Shown here: piece after piece, positions 28,853 to 39,399 of the stretch
Layout of the letters: each line of letters begins with the position of its first letter
Numbering within the stretch: position 1 is the stretch's first letter
From: a plasmid
DNA length: 64,000 nt
Sequence record: NZ_CP067423.1
Reading direction: 5' to 3' (one strand)
Notes under the pieces: model-generated
Databases searched by the model: none
What the model saw: the letters and a program-made list of their open reading frames with translations, nothing else
Told to the model about the DNA's origin: nothing
Program-made: the position numbers and the translations under genes

Positions 28853-30505
28853 GTGGCGAAGGAAAAGAGCGGCTACTATGGCACGCGAAGGAAATTCTGG
28901 TCGTGGGGATATGAAGGTGAAGATAACTCCCAGGACGAAATCCGTACCATGCGAGACCGCGTGGAGCAGCGGCTTGGGATTAAGGATATCGAAGTTCTCT
29001 CGGACCCGACCCTTGATGAGATTGAACTTTATCCGTCGCGCATAAAGATCCCGCGAACGCTGGAAGATTTCTGCACCACGGAAAAGTGGGACAGAGTTGT
29101 CCATACCTACGGTAAGGGTTTTAAGGACATGACCCTTATCTACCGGCGCGATTTCAAGAAGGCTCCGGACGTCGTGGCCTATCCGCGCGACGAAGAAGAT
29201 ATTGCCGCCATCTTCGACTGGTGTGGCGAAAACGGCTATGCATGCATACCGTATGGCGGTGGATCGAGCGTCACAGGAGGCTTCTGGGGTCCCGAGCGCG
29301 ACGCCTTTCCCGGCGTGGTCGTTATTGACCTGGGCAACCTCAACCAGATTCTCGAAATCGACCCTGTGTCACGCTGCGCGCGGATCCAGGCAGGCATTCT
29401 CGGGCCGGCTCTGGAAGAACAACTGAAGCCGCACGGCCTCACCCTGCGCCATATTCCGCAATCGTGGGAATTCTCATCGCTGGGCGGCTGGATCGCAACC
29501 CGGTCGTCCGGTCACTATGCGACCCATCTCACGCATATCGACGACATGGTGGAAAGCCTGCGCGTCGTCACGCCAGCGGGGACGATCCAGAATCGCCGGC
29601 TGCCTGCCTCAGGTGCGGGACCAAATCCGGATCGCATGTTCATCGGGTCTGAAGGCACGATGGGCATCATCACTGATGCATGGATGCGTCTGCAGGGGCG
29701 TGTGAAATTCCGTGCGAATGCATCGATCTCCTTCAAGTCGTTCTATGAGGGTGCCAAGGCCGTCCGTCAAATCACCCAAGCGGGACTGTTCCCGGCGAAC
29801 GCTCGCTATCTCGACGAGCAGGACGCCAAATTCTACGGCGCTGGAGACGGCACCGATTCCGTCTTGCTGCTGGGCTTCGAATCCGCCGACCATCCGGTGG
29901 ACGCATGGCTGGAGCGTGGTCTCGAAATCTGCAAGGACTTCGGTGGCGTCGTGAAGCAGCGCGCGGGAACAGCAGACAACGCGCTGGAAACCAGCCGCAG
30001 CGGGCCGCAGGGTAACTGGCGGCACCAGTTCAGGTATCTGCCCCGGCTGATGCATACGCGCGCTGCGATGGGAATCGTGAGCTTCACGTTCGAAACCGCC
30101 TATACTTGGGATCGGTTCGAAGAAGTCGATACCGAGATCATGCGTCGCGTGCGAACGGCCCAGAAGGAACATCTTGGCGGTGGCATCGTCTGCCGCAGGT
30201 TCTCCTTCCTGTATCCGGACGGTCCGGCTCCATACTACTCGATCATGGCTCCTTCGACACATGCCAACAGCCTCGAAGCCTATTCGATGCTCCACGACGT
30301 GGCGTCGGACGCCCTAATAGAGCTCGGCGCCACCATCACGCACCATCATGCTGTCGGCAAATCGTTCCGTCCTTGGTACGACAAAGAAGTCGATCCGTTG
30401 TTCCGCCGTGTGCTGGCAGCCGCCAAGACCGAGCTGGACCCGAAGTGGATGTTGAATCCTGGGCTGATCGTCGACAAGCCCACAGGGCTCAAGATCGTCG
30501 GATAG
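28853..30505 (+). CDS. FAD-linked oxidase (FAD_binding_4 / alkyl-DHAP synthase- or D-lactate dehydrogenase-like); GTG start at 28853 after an AGGAGGA RBS
   Basis: ...DVVAYPRDEEDIAAIFDWCGENGYACIPYGGGSSVTGG... (FAD-binding PCMH domain), ...GSEGTMGIITDAWMRLQ..., C-terminal ...HHHAVGKSFRPWYDKE.... Confidence 0.8.
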   Translation: MAKEKSGYYGTRRKFWSWGYEGEDNSQDEIRTMRDRVEQRLGIKDIEVLSDPTLDEIELYPSRIKIPRTLEDFCTTEKWDRVVHTYGKGFKDMTLIYRRDFKKAPDVVAYPRDEEDIAAIFDWCGENGYACIPYGGGSSVTGGFWGPERDAFPGVVVIDLGNLNQILEIDPVSRCARIQAGILGPALEEQLKPHGLTLRHIPQSWEFSSLGGWIATRSSGHYATHLTHIDDMVESLRVVTPAGTIQNRRLPASGAGPNPDRMFIGSEGTMGIITDAWMRLQGRVKFRANASISFKSFYEGAKAVRQITQAGLFPANARYLDEQDAKFYGAGDGTDSVLLLGFESADHPVDAWLERGLEICKDFGGVVKQRAGTADNALETSRSGPQGNWRHQFRYLPRLMHTRAAMGIVSFTFETAYTWDRFEEVDTEIMRRVRTAQKEHLGGGIVCRRFSFLYPDGPAPYYSIMAPSTHANSLEAYSMLHDVASDALIELGATITHHHAVGKSFRPWYDKEVDPLFRRVLAAAKTELDPKWMLNPGLIVDKPTGLKIVG

Positions 30506-30518
30506 GGGTTCTTCAGCG

Positions 30519-31208
30519 ATGATTGATCTATACTTCTGGCCAACCCCCAACGGGTATAAAGCCGCTATAATGCTTGCAGAGCTGGACTTGGAGTACCGTG
30601 TTATTCCGGTTGATATAACCGCAGGAAAGCAATTTGAGCCGGAATTCCTGAAGATCAATCCAAACAACAAAGTGCCGGCCATCGTTGACCACGATGGCCC
30701 GCACAACAAGCCTTACGCTGTTTTTGAATCGGCGGTTGTTCTACTCTATCTTGCGGAAAAGTCCGGAAAGTTCCTTTCTCAGGACCCGGAAAAACGATAC
30801 GATACGCTAAAGTGGCTTGTGTTTCAGAATACCACGATGGGCCCAATGCTGGGCCAAGCACATCATTTCATGGTGTATGCGACTGAGAAGATCGATTACG
30901 CCATCGAACGTTACGACCGGGAAGTTGGTCGAATATACAACATTCTCGAGAAGCGCCTTGCCGAATATGAATATCTCGCCGGCGAGTATTCTATCGCTGA
31001 CATCAGCACATTCCCTTGGGTTCGCACGCGGAAATTGCATCGACGCGACCTGTCGGAGTACCCGAACATTGATCGTTGGTACCAGGCGATCAAAGACCGT
31101 CCGGGGGTTCGTGCGGGCATAGACACATTGTCCGACAGCAAGCAGTGGGAAGCGAAGCCGGGCACCGACGCTTGGAAGAATATGTTCGGAAAGAACGGCA
31201 GTTCGTAA
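30519..31208 (+). CDS. Glutathione S-transferase (YfcG/Nu-class-like)
   Basis: MIDLYFWPTPNGYKAAIMLAELDLEYRVIPVDITAGKQFEPEFLKINPNNKVPAIVDH...FESAVVLLYLAEK, with a GST C-terminal domain. Confidence 0.85.
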   Translation: MIDLYFWPTPNGYKAAIMLAELDLEYRVIPVDITAGKQFEPEFLKINPNNKVPAIVDHDGPHNKPYAVFESAVVLLYLAEKSGKFLSQDPEKRYDTLKWLVFQNTTMGPMLGQAHHFMVYATEKIDYAIERYDREVGRIYNILEKRLAEYEYLAGEYSIADISTFPWVRTRKLHRRDLSEYPNIDRWYQAIKDRPGVRAGIDTLSDSKQWEAKPGTDAWKNMFGKNGSS

Positions 31209-31410
31209 CAATCACACAAAATCCTCCCAGGCCTCAGGCGCGGCGGTCTATTCGTCGCGCCTGAGGCCGCGTAGGGGCAGTTGATGCAGGGCGGTCCCTA
31301 TGGGGCTGGCGCAGGATCTTGGAAATTTTGCGCGGCCGAAATGCCGTTTGAAATCGCCCAATACGTGACCACGAACTCGGCTGATGGATCCACTATCTAC
31401 TTGACAGCCA

Positions 31411-31446
31411 GTAAATTGGATGACCAAATTGGATATACCAATTGCC
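31411..31446. promoter_or_regulatory. Operator-like region gtaaattggatgaccaaattggatataccaattgcc upstream of the acyl-CoA ligase gene; a TTGACA -35-like hexamer lies at 31401
   Basis: Two to three tandem/overlapping (C)CAAATTGG(A) units, plus TGGATATACCA (TGGA-N3-ACCA). Confidence 0.4.
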
Positions 31447-31477
31447 GCGCAGGCTATCAGGATTTGGGGAAATTGAG

Positions 31478-32992
31478 ATGGATTTTTTGGCCGAGCTGCC
31501 TCGTCGCATTCATATGATCTTGGAGGAAGGGGCAACGTTCGGCGACTCCCGTATCGCCTTTACAGATGAAAACGGGATTGATTGGTCCTTCCGCCGGCTG
31601 ATCGACACGGTCGCAGCTGTCTCTGATGAAATGCGACAACTCGGGGTTCGGCAGGGTGATCGGGTGATGATCATCTGCGAAAACTCGATCAGGGCTGTGG
31701 TTCTAATGTATGCAGCAAGCCGGTTGGATGCATGGGCGGTGCTAGCGAATGCCCGGCTCAGCAAGCATGAACTTGCCCTTATTGAAGAGGATTGCCAGCC
31801 GCGGCGTATATTTCGCACCGATTCCAACTTGTCTGCACAAAATGCGGACGACGGCAATGCTGATGTTCGGCTCTTTACTGATATCGGCGCCGTAACGGTT
31901 GGTCCGTTAAATGAGAACAGCCAGCCGGAAGAAGTTCACGAAGGATCCGCAGAGCAAGTCGCCGTTCTGATCTATACTACCGGGACCACGGGGCGCCCTA
32001 AGGGCGTCATGCTTAGCCATCGCAATTTGATTTTCGTCTCAAGCAGGGGAAGACGAACACAGTCTCTCGCTCCCGATGATGTCGCCCTGTGTGTCATGCC
32101 GATATCTCATTCGTACGGGCTCGTGTTGATGCAAGGCATGTTGTACGCTGGCGCGCGTATGAAAATTATGCCACGATTTTCACTACAGGAGGCCCTAGAT
32201 GCTGTTCGCAGCGGAGAGTTGACGGTTTTCAACGCCGTTCCAGCCATGCTGACACGGGTGGTGGCACATGTTGAACAGACGGGCGAAAAGCTCACGCCAA
32301 ATAACCTCCGGTACGTCTACACGGGCACCGCGCCGCTCGACCTGTCACTGCGTAAAAATGTCGAACGGCTGTTCGGCGTGGTCTTACAGAACGGATACGG
32401 ATTGACTGAAACGTCGCCGACGATCAGCCGGTCTCACTATTCGATTGGCACCGACGACATCCATATTGGTCCACCGATAGAAGGGGTCGAGATCCGGATC
32501 GTCGGGCCTGACGGTCTCGATGTCCCAGAGGGAAAGCCGGGAGAATTGCTGGTCCGGGGCCCCAATGTGATGTTGGGATACTATCGCCAGCCGAAAGCGA
32601 CCGCCGAAGTTATCGACGAGGATGGCTATCTTCACACAGGCGATATCGTCAGTCGCAACGAACGCGGCGAACTGGTTATTCAAGGCCGATCAAAGGAATT
32701 GATCATTCGCTCCGGCTTCAATGTCTATCCTCCGGAAGTCGAAGCCGCCCTGAATGCACATCCCAGCATTCTAAATTCCGCCGTGCTCGGACGTCCTGTT
32801 GAGGGAAATGAGGAAATTATTGCCTTCGTTGAAATGTTGCCTGAACGGCAGTGCGAGGTGGATGAGATTAAGTCCTTTCTGAAGAGCCGCCTTGCCCAGT
32901 ATAAGCTGCCGCAACAGATTATCGTTATGCACGATTTGCCGGTCGCTCCGAATGGAAAGATAAAGAAGAACGACTTGAAGAAATATCTCTAG
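31478..32992 (+). CDS. AMP-dependent synthetase/ligase (acyl-CoA synthetase family)
   Basis: AMP-binding motif IYTTGTTGRPKGVMLSHRNL, ...GYGLTET..., ...YHTGDIVSRNERGELVIQGRSKELI...(A8), C-terminal ...PVAPNGKIKK. Confidence 0.85.
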   Translation: MDFLAELPRRIHMILEEGATFGDSRIAFTDENGIDWSFRRLIDTVAAVSDEMRQLGVRQGDRVMIICENSIRAVVLMYAASRLDAWAVLANARLSKHELALIEEDCQPRRIFRTDSNLSAQNADDGNADVRLFTDIGAVTVGPLNENSQPEEVHEGSAEQVAVLIYTTGTTGRPKGVMLSHRNLIFVSSRGRRTQSLAPDDVALCVMPISHSYGLVLMQGMLYAGARMKIMPRFSLQEALDAVRSGELTVFNAVPAMLTRVVAHVEQTGEKLTPNNLRYVYTGTAPLDLSLRKNVERLFGVVLQNGYGLTETSPTISRSHYSIGTDDIHIGPPIEGVEIRIVGPDGLDVPEGKPGELLVRGPNVMLGYYRQPKATAEVIDEDGYLHTGDIVSRNERGELVIQGRSKELIIRSGFNVYPPEVEAALNAHPSILNSAVLGRPVEGNEEIIAFVEMLPERQCEVDEIKSFLKSRLAQYKLPQQIIVMHDLPVAPNGKIKKNDLKKYL

Positions 32993-33118
32993 ATAGTTTG
33001 AGCTGTCGGTTCGACACTTCCTTCCGAAGCGCTCTGGACCATGAGTCCGACCCATATAGTATCTCCGACAAGGTCCGCAATCCCGCAAAAAACTCGATAT
33101 GGAGAACCCGCCTCGCCA

Positions 33119-34554
33119 TGACAACCTTGCATGCTAACCTGATCGATGGAGCTTGGGTCGAAGGCGAAGCCGCGCCGAACATTAACCCCTCCAACACCAA
33201 CGAAGTCGTCGGCACCTATGCGCGTGCTACTCGAGCTGACTCCCAAGCCGCGATCGCCGCCGCTAAACGTACGTTCCCGACATGGTCGCGCACGAGCCCT
33301 TTGGAGCGTCACGCGGTGTTGCGCAAGGCGGCAGACGAAATTCTCGCCCGCAAGGACGAACTCGGCCGACTTTTGTCGCGCGAGGAAGGCAAATCGTTGG
33401 CCGAAGCAGTCGGCGAAACGATTCGTGCGGCCCAGGTTTTCGATTACTTCGCGGGCGAAACGCTACGGCTGGCCGGCGAAACGTTGCCCTCTGTGCGTCG
33501 GGGTGTCGTGGTGGATGTGACGCGTGAGCCGGTCGGCGTGATCGCTATCATCACGCCGTGGAACTTCCCAATCGCCATTCCGGCGTGGAAAATTGCGCCG
33601 GCGCTCTGCTACGGCAACACTGTGGTATTCAAGCCGGCTGATCTCACCCCTGGCTGCGCTTGGGAGCTGGTTGACATTCTCCACCGCGCCGGGCTGCCAA
33701 AGGGCGTACTCAATCTCGTAATGGGCCGTGGTTCGGTCGTCGGCCAGACCATGCTCGATAGCCCCGACGTAGATGCGATAAGCTTCACAGGCTCAGTGGA
33801 GACCGGCCGGCGTGTGGCGGCCTCCTGCGTCGAACACGGCAGGAAGTTCCAACTCGAGATGGGCGGTAAGAATCCGCTGGTCGTGCTCGATGATGCGGAC
33901 CTCAACGTGGCGGTCGACTGCGCCGTCAACGGTGCATACTTCTTAACTGGCCAGCGCTGCACGGCTTCCTCACGGCTGATCGTCACCGAAGGCATCCACG
34001 ATCGTTTTGTCTCGGCAGTTACCGAAAAGCTTAGGAGCCTCGTCGTCGACGACGCGCTCAAGCCGGGAACGCAGATCGGTCCGGTGGTGGACGAGAACCA
34101 ACTCAGTCAGGACGAGAAGTATATCGCCATTGGCCGTGAGGAGGGCGCTAAGCTGGTGTGTGGAGGCGAAAGGCTGAACCGTGAGACGCCCGGCTTCTTC
34201 TTGCAGCCTGCCTTGTTCACCGAGGCAACCAATAATATGCGCATCAGCCGCGAAGAGATTTTTGGTCCCGTCGCGGCGGTAATTCGTGTCAAGAATTATG
34301 AAGAGGCGCTGGAGACCGCGAACGATACGGCATTCGGCCTGTCCTCGGGGATCTGCACGGCCAGCCTGAAACATGCGACGCACTATAAGCGCAATGCCGA
34401 CGCCGGCATGATTTTTGTCAATCTGCCCACTGGCGGCGTCGACTTCCATGTGCCGTTCGGCGGCCGCAAGGCATCGAGCTTCGGCCCTCGCGAACAGGGC
34501 CGCTACGCCGCCGAGTTCTACACGACCGTCAAAACGGCCTATACGCTGGCCTGA
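33119..34554 (+). CDS. NAD(P)+-dependent aldehyde dehydrogenase
   Basis: MTTLHANLIDGAWVEG..., ITPWNFP, catalytic LEMGGKNP (Glu) and GQRCTASSR (Cys), ...EEIFGPV.... Confidence 0.9.
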
Positions 34555-35071
34555 CGGGCTAATGCCGGTCCGCTTACCAGCCCCGAGGTGCCCGCGCCGT
34601 GACGGCTTCGCCCATGGCGCAGGCCGCTGGAACGATCCCGCCGGGGCGACCTTGCCTCGCTCGGCCGCGCGAGAGTCGAATAACACCTGCCGCGATTGCC
34701 AGGCAGGTACTGGCGGCGCCAATTACTCAGGGAAGAAGCAGCTCGTGCAGCCGGAACGCTTCGTGAGGTCGAAGCATGCTCGGGATCTGCCAAATAATGC
34801 ACTCTGCGATACTACGAGGTCGGCGCCTGAACTAGAGCAAGAGATGTTCCCACGGGCCTCCTAGGAAGCCGTGATAGCGGATCAACCACCAGTTCCTGCT
34901 GTTCGATCAGCCGGCGAAAATTCTGCTTGTGGACCAGACGGCCGGCATGCGCCTCCACCGCGCGCTGCTGCAACTGCAGCAGCGTAAACTGCGGCGGCAT
35001 CAGTTTGAACACGCGTGATCTGGTCGAAAAGCCAGTCGTTCCGGCCGTCTGACTCTAGAGGAATTCGCCCG

Positions 35072-36232
35072 ATGCAAGCCTTCACCTTCAATACGACCCC
35101 CTCGATCGTCTTCGAAGCCGGTTCGGCCAAGCGCTTCGGCGCGATCGCAGGCAAACGGCTGGGCCCGACGGTGCTGTTCGTGACCGATCCCGGCCTGCGC
35201 AAACTCGGCCTGTGCGACGCAGCCATCGCCTCACTGGAAAGCGTCGGAGCGTCGGTTGCGATTTTCGATTCCGTTGAAGCCGATCCTTCGCTGGCGACCG
35301 TGATGAAGGCGGTGGAAAATGGTCGTTCAGCCGGCGCGACCGGCGTCGCAGGCTTCGGCGGCGGCTCGTCGCTCGACGTGGCGAAAGTGGCCGCACTTCT
35401 TCTCGGCTCCGGCGAAGACATCGACGGCGCCTGGGGCGTGGCGCAGGCGAAGGGACCGCGCCTGCCTCTGGTGCTGGCGCCCACCACGGCAGGAACAGGC
35501 TCGGAAGTCACCCCGGTTTCAATCATTACCGTCGGTGACGAGGAGAAGCGCGGCGTGTCCAGCGCTATCATCCTGCCGGACATTGCGGTGCTCGATCCGG
35601 AACTAACGCTGGGCCTGCCGCCGGCAATCACCGCAGCCACCGGCGTCGACGCGATGGTGCACGCAATCGAAGCCTATGCCTCGAAGAACGCCAACAACAA
35701 TCCGCTGTCGAAGATGCTGGCCAGACAGGCCCTGCAACTCATCGGCGCCAGCATCGAAAAAGCGGTGCTTGACGGTAAGGATGTCGAGGCGAGGGGGGCG
35801 ATGTTGCTCGGCTCCATGCTCGCCGGTCAAGCCTTCGCCAATTCGCCGGTGGCCGCCGTCCACGCGCTTGCCTATCCGATCGGGGGGACGTTCCATGTCC
35901 CGCACGGCCTCTCGAACGCACTTGTCCTGCCGCATGTCCTGTGCTTCAACGCGCCCGACGCCGCCCATCTCTACGCCGAGATCGCCACGGACGCTTTCCC
36001 ACGTCTCGCACAAGAGGAAGGTGTGCAGGGGCGCTGCGCGGCGTTCATTGAGGAACTGGCCTCGCTATCGAAAAGACTTGGCCTGCAGCCGCGCCTGCGG
36101 GATGTCGGCATCGGCGAAGAGCATCTGAAAAAGATGGCGGCGGATGCGATGAAGCAGCAGCGGTTGTTGGTCAACAATCCGCGCAATGTCTCGGAGCCGG
36201 ATGCGCTCGCCATCTATCGCGCGGCATGGTGA
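35072..36232 (+). CDS. Iron-containing (group III) alcohol dehydrogenase
   Basis: ...GFGGGSSLDVAKVAALL..., ...LAPTTAGTGSEVT..., ...GVDAMVHAIEAY..., ...HGLSNALVLPHV... metal-binding His motifs. Confidence 0.85.
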   Translation: MQAFTFNTTPSIVFEAGSAKRFGAIAGKRLGPTVLFVTDPGLRKLGLCDAAIASLESVGASVAIFDSVEADPSLATVMKAVENGRSAGATGVAGFGGGSSLDVAKVAALLLGSGEDIDGAWGVAQAKGPRLPLVLAPTTAGTGSEVTPVSIITVGDEEKRGVSSAIILPDIAVLDPELTLGLPPAITAATGVDAMVHAIEAYASKNANNNPLSKMLARQALQLIGASIEKAVLDGKDVEARGAMLLGSMLAGQAFANSPVAAVHALAYPIGGTFHVPHGLSNALVLPHVLCFNAPDAAHLYAEIATDAFPRLAQEEGVQGRCAAFIEELASLSKRLGLQPRLRDVGIGEEHLKKMAADAMKQQRLLVNNPRNVSEPDALAIYRAAW

Positions 36233-36236
36233 GACG

Positions 36237-36602
36237 ATGAGCGAGCGGTCTTCACCCACGTCGCGCAATGCCTACAACGCGTTTCGCACAATCACCACGG
36301 CTGGATGGATAACGACATCTATGGTGACATGAACAAATGCGGTGCATTATTCGCTGTTCGACACTGCGGTGAATGGCTGGCTGATCGGCGAGGGCCTGCT
36401 GGACATCCATGGCGGCGACCAGATTGGGCTCGTCGTCGAAACCGGGTGCCGCTATTTTTCTGAACTTGCTTTCCCCGATAAGGTAACGGCCGGTATCCGC
36501 GTCGCCAGGCTCGGAACGTCCTCCGTTCGCTATGAGGTTGCCCTGTTTCGGAATGAAGAAGAGATCGCCGCGCTGAAGGCTTCTTCGTCCACGTCTAGCT
36601 AG
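36237..36602 (+). pseudogene. Hot-dog fold acyl-CoA thioesterase (4HBT/YbgC-like) with two closely spaced frameshifts near codons 22-40; possibly inactive, or sequence errors
   Basis: Frame A reads MSERSSPTSRNAYNAFRTIT. A shifted frame reads HGWMDNDIYGDMN. The sequence returns to frame A at (N)AVHYSLFDTAVNGWLIGEG... Together this reconstitutes the thioesterase signature (R/H)W-DxD-GHxNNA-Y. Frame A alone hits TGA at 36328. Confidence 0.5.
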
Positions 36603-36990
36603 GGAAGGAGGTCGGCAACGCTCCTCACTGTGCGGTCAGAATACCGGCACCAGGGAGACATCTCCAAGACGCCGTCAGCTTGTCAGCAATCAGTCTGCTT
36701 GCCGTCCCCGGGCCCAGCAATCGCAGAAGCTACCCCACGCTCCAGTTTACCCGGAATGGCGCTGTTGTAGGGGTCAGAACAAGCACCGCAATCAGATCCA
36801 CGTTCACTTCGTGGCCCTGGTCCCGTTTTCTGGTTCTCCTCAGTGTTTTTGGAGGGAGTATCTTCCATTGCGTACGGCTTGTGTCCGAAGCCTCCGTCGA
36901 GGCTGATTGGTTCAACTTCCGACGAACGTGGACTGCCCCCGACCAGCCGTCAACGTCTCCGGCGACATGAAGTTTTTGTTCTTCGCATCT

Positions 36991-37005
36991 GCACAAAATT
37001 GTGCC
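36991..37005. promoter_or_regulatory. Palindrome gcacaaaattgtgcc ~40 bp upstream of panB
   Basis: Arms GCACAA / TTGTGC around AAT. It sits between a putative -10 and the RBS of panB. Confidence 0.3.
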
Positions 37006-37043
37006 AAACGCCCTCAGGCGGTTAACGTAAGGGAAGGAATGCC

Positions 37044-37889
37044 ATGAGCGCGACAGGTGAAGTGAAGGCCCTGACGCCCCCCGATATCGTGTCACACAAG
37101 GGTGGGACGCCGCTGGTTTGTCTCACTGCCTACACGACACCGATGGCGAGGCTTGTCGATACCACCTGCGATATCGTGCTTGTCGGTGACAGCGTTGGCA
37201 TGGTGCTGCACGGCTTGCCGTCCACGCTGGGCGTCACGCTCGACATGATGATCATGCACGCACAAGCGGTGCGCCGTGGCATCGAGCGGGCACTGATGGT
37301 TGTGGACATGCCGTTCGGGTCCTATGAGGAAGGGCCCGAACAGGCCTTTCGCAATGCCGCCCGGCTGATGGCCGAGACCGGCTGCGCCGCCGTCAAGCTC
37401 GAGGGCGGCGAGAGTATGGCGGAGACGATCCAGTTCCTGGTCGCGCGCGGCATTCCGGTGATGGCGCATGTCGGCCTGACACCACAGGCAGTCAATACTT
37501 TTGGCGGCTACAAGGTGCAGGGGCGTGGCAACGATGCGGAACGCATCTTGCGCGATGCCGACGCGGTTTCAAAAGCCGGCGCGTTTGCCGTTGTGCTGGA
37601 GAAGGTGCCGGAAGCGCTCGCTCGCAGGATTACCGCCGACATTGCCATCCCCACCATCGGTATCGGCGCCTCGTCAGCCTGTGACGGCCAAATCCTGGTG
37701 GTCGACGACATGCTTGGCATGTTCACGGACTTCCGGCCGAAATTCGTCAAGCGCTACGCTGAACTCGGGGAGCGGGCACAAGCCGCGATCGCAGCCTACG
37801 CAAACGAAGTGCGCGAGCGGCGCTTTCCAGGTGCAGAGCATGTCTTTCGCGATCAGCCCAAAACGATCAAGGGTGGAGAAGCGGCATGA
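37044..37889 (+). CDS. panB: 3-methyl-2-oxobutanoate hydroxymethyltransferase (ketopantoate hydroxymethyltransferase)
   Basis: ...[13 protein letters not shown]...[12 protein letters not shown]...VVDMPFGSY... and ...VKLEGG..., the PanB signature, over 281 aa. Confidence 0.9.
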   Translation: MSATGEVKALTPPDIVSHKGGTPLVCLTAYTTPMARLVDTTCDIVLVGDSVGMVLHGLPSTLGVTLDMMIMHAQAVRRGIERALMVVDMPFGSYEEGPEQAFRNAARLMAETGCAAVKLEGGESMAETIQFLVARGIPVMAHVGLTPQAVNTFGGYKVQGRGNDAERILRDADAVSKAGAFAVVLEKVPEALARRITADIAIPTIGIGASSACDGQILVVDDMLGMFTDFRPKFVKRYAELGERAQAAIAAYANEVRERRFPGAEHVFRDQPKTIKGGEAA

Positions 37890-38752
37890 ATGTTCCGATT
37901 GTCAGGGCCGTGGCGGATCTTCGCACGATCGTTGCGGGATGGCGTCGCGAAGCAGCCAGCATTGCTGTGGTGCCCACTATGGGTGCCTTGCATGAAGGGC
38001 ATCTCAGCCTGGTGCGTGCCGCGCTCGAAAAGGCCGACCGGGTGATCGTGACGCTGTTCGTCAATCCAAAGCAGTTCAACAGCGCAGCCGATCTTGCCGC
38101 CTATCCGCGTACCGAGGTGGAGGACGCTGCAAAGCTGGCGCCACTGGGTGCGCATCTGCTTTACGCGCCGGACGCTGCTGAAATCTATCCGGAGGGTTTT
38201 GCCACCGCGGTTTCGGTCGGCGGCGTCAGCGAGGGCCTGTGCGGCGCGTTTCGGCCGGGTCATTTCGATGGCGTCGCCACCGTCGTCGCCAAACTGTTCC
38301 TGCAGACCGGAGCCGATCTCGCGTTTTTCGGCGAGAAGGATTTCCAGCAGCTTCATGTGGTTCGCCGCATGGCGCGGGATCTGGACATTCCGATCACCGT
38401 CATCGGCTGTCCGACAGTCCGCGAAGAAGACGGGCTGGCGCTCTCTTCGCGCAACGTCCGGCTCTCACTGGCGGAGCGACTGGCTGCACCGAAGCTCGCG
38501 TCGATTCTGCACACAGCAGCCGGACAGATCGCCAACGGAGCGCCGGTCAGCCTGACACTGGCTGAGGCGCGCGCTGCCATCCTTTCGGCAGGCTACCGGG
38601 AGGTGGAATATCTGGAATTGCGAGCAGACGCCGATCTTCGGCCTTTGAACGCACTTTACTGTCCCGCGCGTCTGCTGGTGGCCGCCTGGCTCGGCAACAC
38701 ACGACTGATCGACAATGTCGAAGTTGTTCCCCTGCTGTCGCTTAGCAGTTAA
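37886..38752 (+). CDS. panC: Pantoate--beta-alanine ligase (pantothenate synthetase)
   Basis: ...[17 protein letters not shown]... (HIGH-like), ...FVNPKQFN..., ...FGEKDFQQL...; overlaps the panB stop (ATGA). Confidence 0.9.
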   Translation: MNVPIVRAVADLRTIVAGWRREAASIAVVPTMGALHEGHLSLVRAALEKADRVIVTLFVNPKQFNSAADLAAYPRTEVEDAAKLAPLGAHLLYAPDAAEIYPEGFATAVSVGGVSEGLCGAFRPGHFDGVATVVAKLFLQTGADLAFFGEKDFQQLHVVRRMARDLDIPITVIGCPTVREEDGLALSSRNVRLSLAERLAAPKLASILHTAAGQIANGAPVSLTLAEARAAILSAGYREVEYLELRADADLRPLNALYCPARLLVAAWLGNTRLIDNVEVVPLLSLSS

Positions 38753-38823
38753 CCGAAAGAATGCGCCGGTTTGGTTCGGGTTGACCATTTAATCATGAGA
38801 ATATGGGCTGCGGGATTCTCAAA

Positions 38824-39399
38824 TTAACTGCAATTGCAGGGAAGGCCTCGGCCGGTGGGCTTGAGCAGTTCGCCCTGCGGCTTGGTTAAACGGAGCCAGT
38901 CCGCCCAGTTATCTGGCTGGAGCACGACCACCTGACGATCATGGTAGGGCGCGACGTCCGGCCCTGGACTCGTCGTCAGCATCGTGAAGGAGGCTGGGTG
39001 ATTGCCCTGGGCCTCACGCCATAGCCCGGCGATGGCCATGAAGGGGGCTCCGATCAGGCTGAAGCGATGTTTGGTTTTGGGGTACTTCTTGCCGGTGAAT
39101 TCGTAGAATCCCGATGCCGGGATCAGGCAGCGCTTGCTGTCGGCGAAGTCTCGCCCTTCCGATCTAAAATTGAAGACCGGCCCACCCCTGGGCCCCGATG
39201 GCGGGAAGCTGAAGTTCATCTGGACGAGTTCGATCATGTCGCCGGCCGCACGCATGACCGGTCCCATATCGTTGATCCTGATATCGTCCGCCTGGGGCAG
39301 ATCGAGTTCTGTCTGTTGCGTTGGTATCTCCAGCTCCAACGCCTGCATCATCTGGCAGTATTCAACCCAGCGAACGTGTTGCTCATAGGCATTGCACAT
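38824..39399 (-). CDS. SOS-response-associated peptidase (SRAP/YedK, DUF159), abasic-site processing protein
   Basis: Begins MCNAY... (catalytic Cys2). ...LIPASGFYEF.. and ...MLTTSPGPDVAPYHDRQVVVL.. follow the SRAP pattern. Confidence 0.8.
   Translation of the reverse strand: MCNAYEQHVRWVEYCQMMQALELEIPTQQTELDLPQADDIRINDMGPVMRAAGDMIELVQMNFSFPPSGPRGGPVFNFRSEGRDFADSKRCLIPASGFYEFTGKKYPKTKHRFSLIGAPFMAIAGLWREAQGNHPASFTMLTTSPGPDVAPYHDRQVVVLQPDNWADWLRLTKPQGELLKPTGRGLPCNCS

Noticed and set aside
34882-35640. 252-aa minus-strand ORF
   Set aside because: Antisense to the Fe-alcohol dehydrogenase gene.
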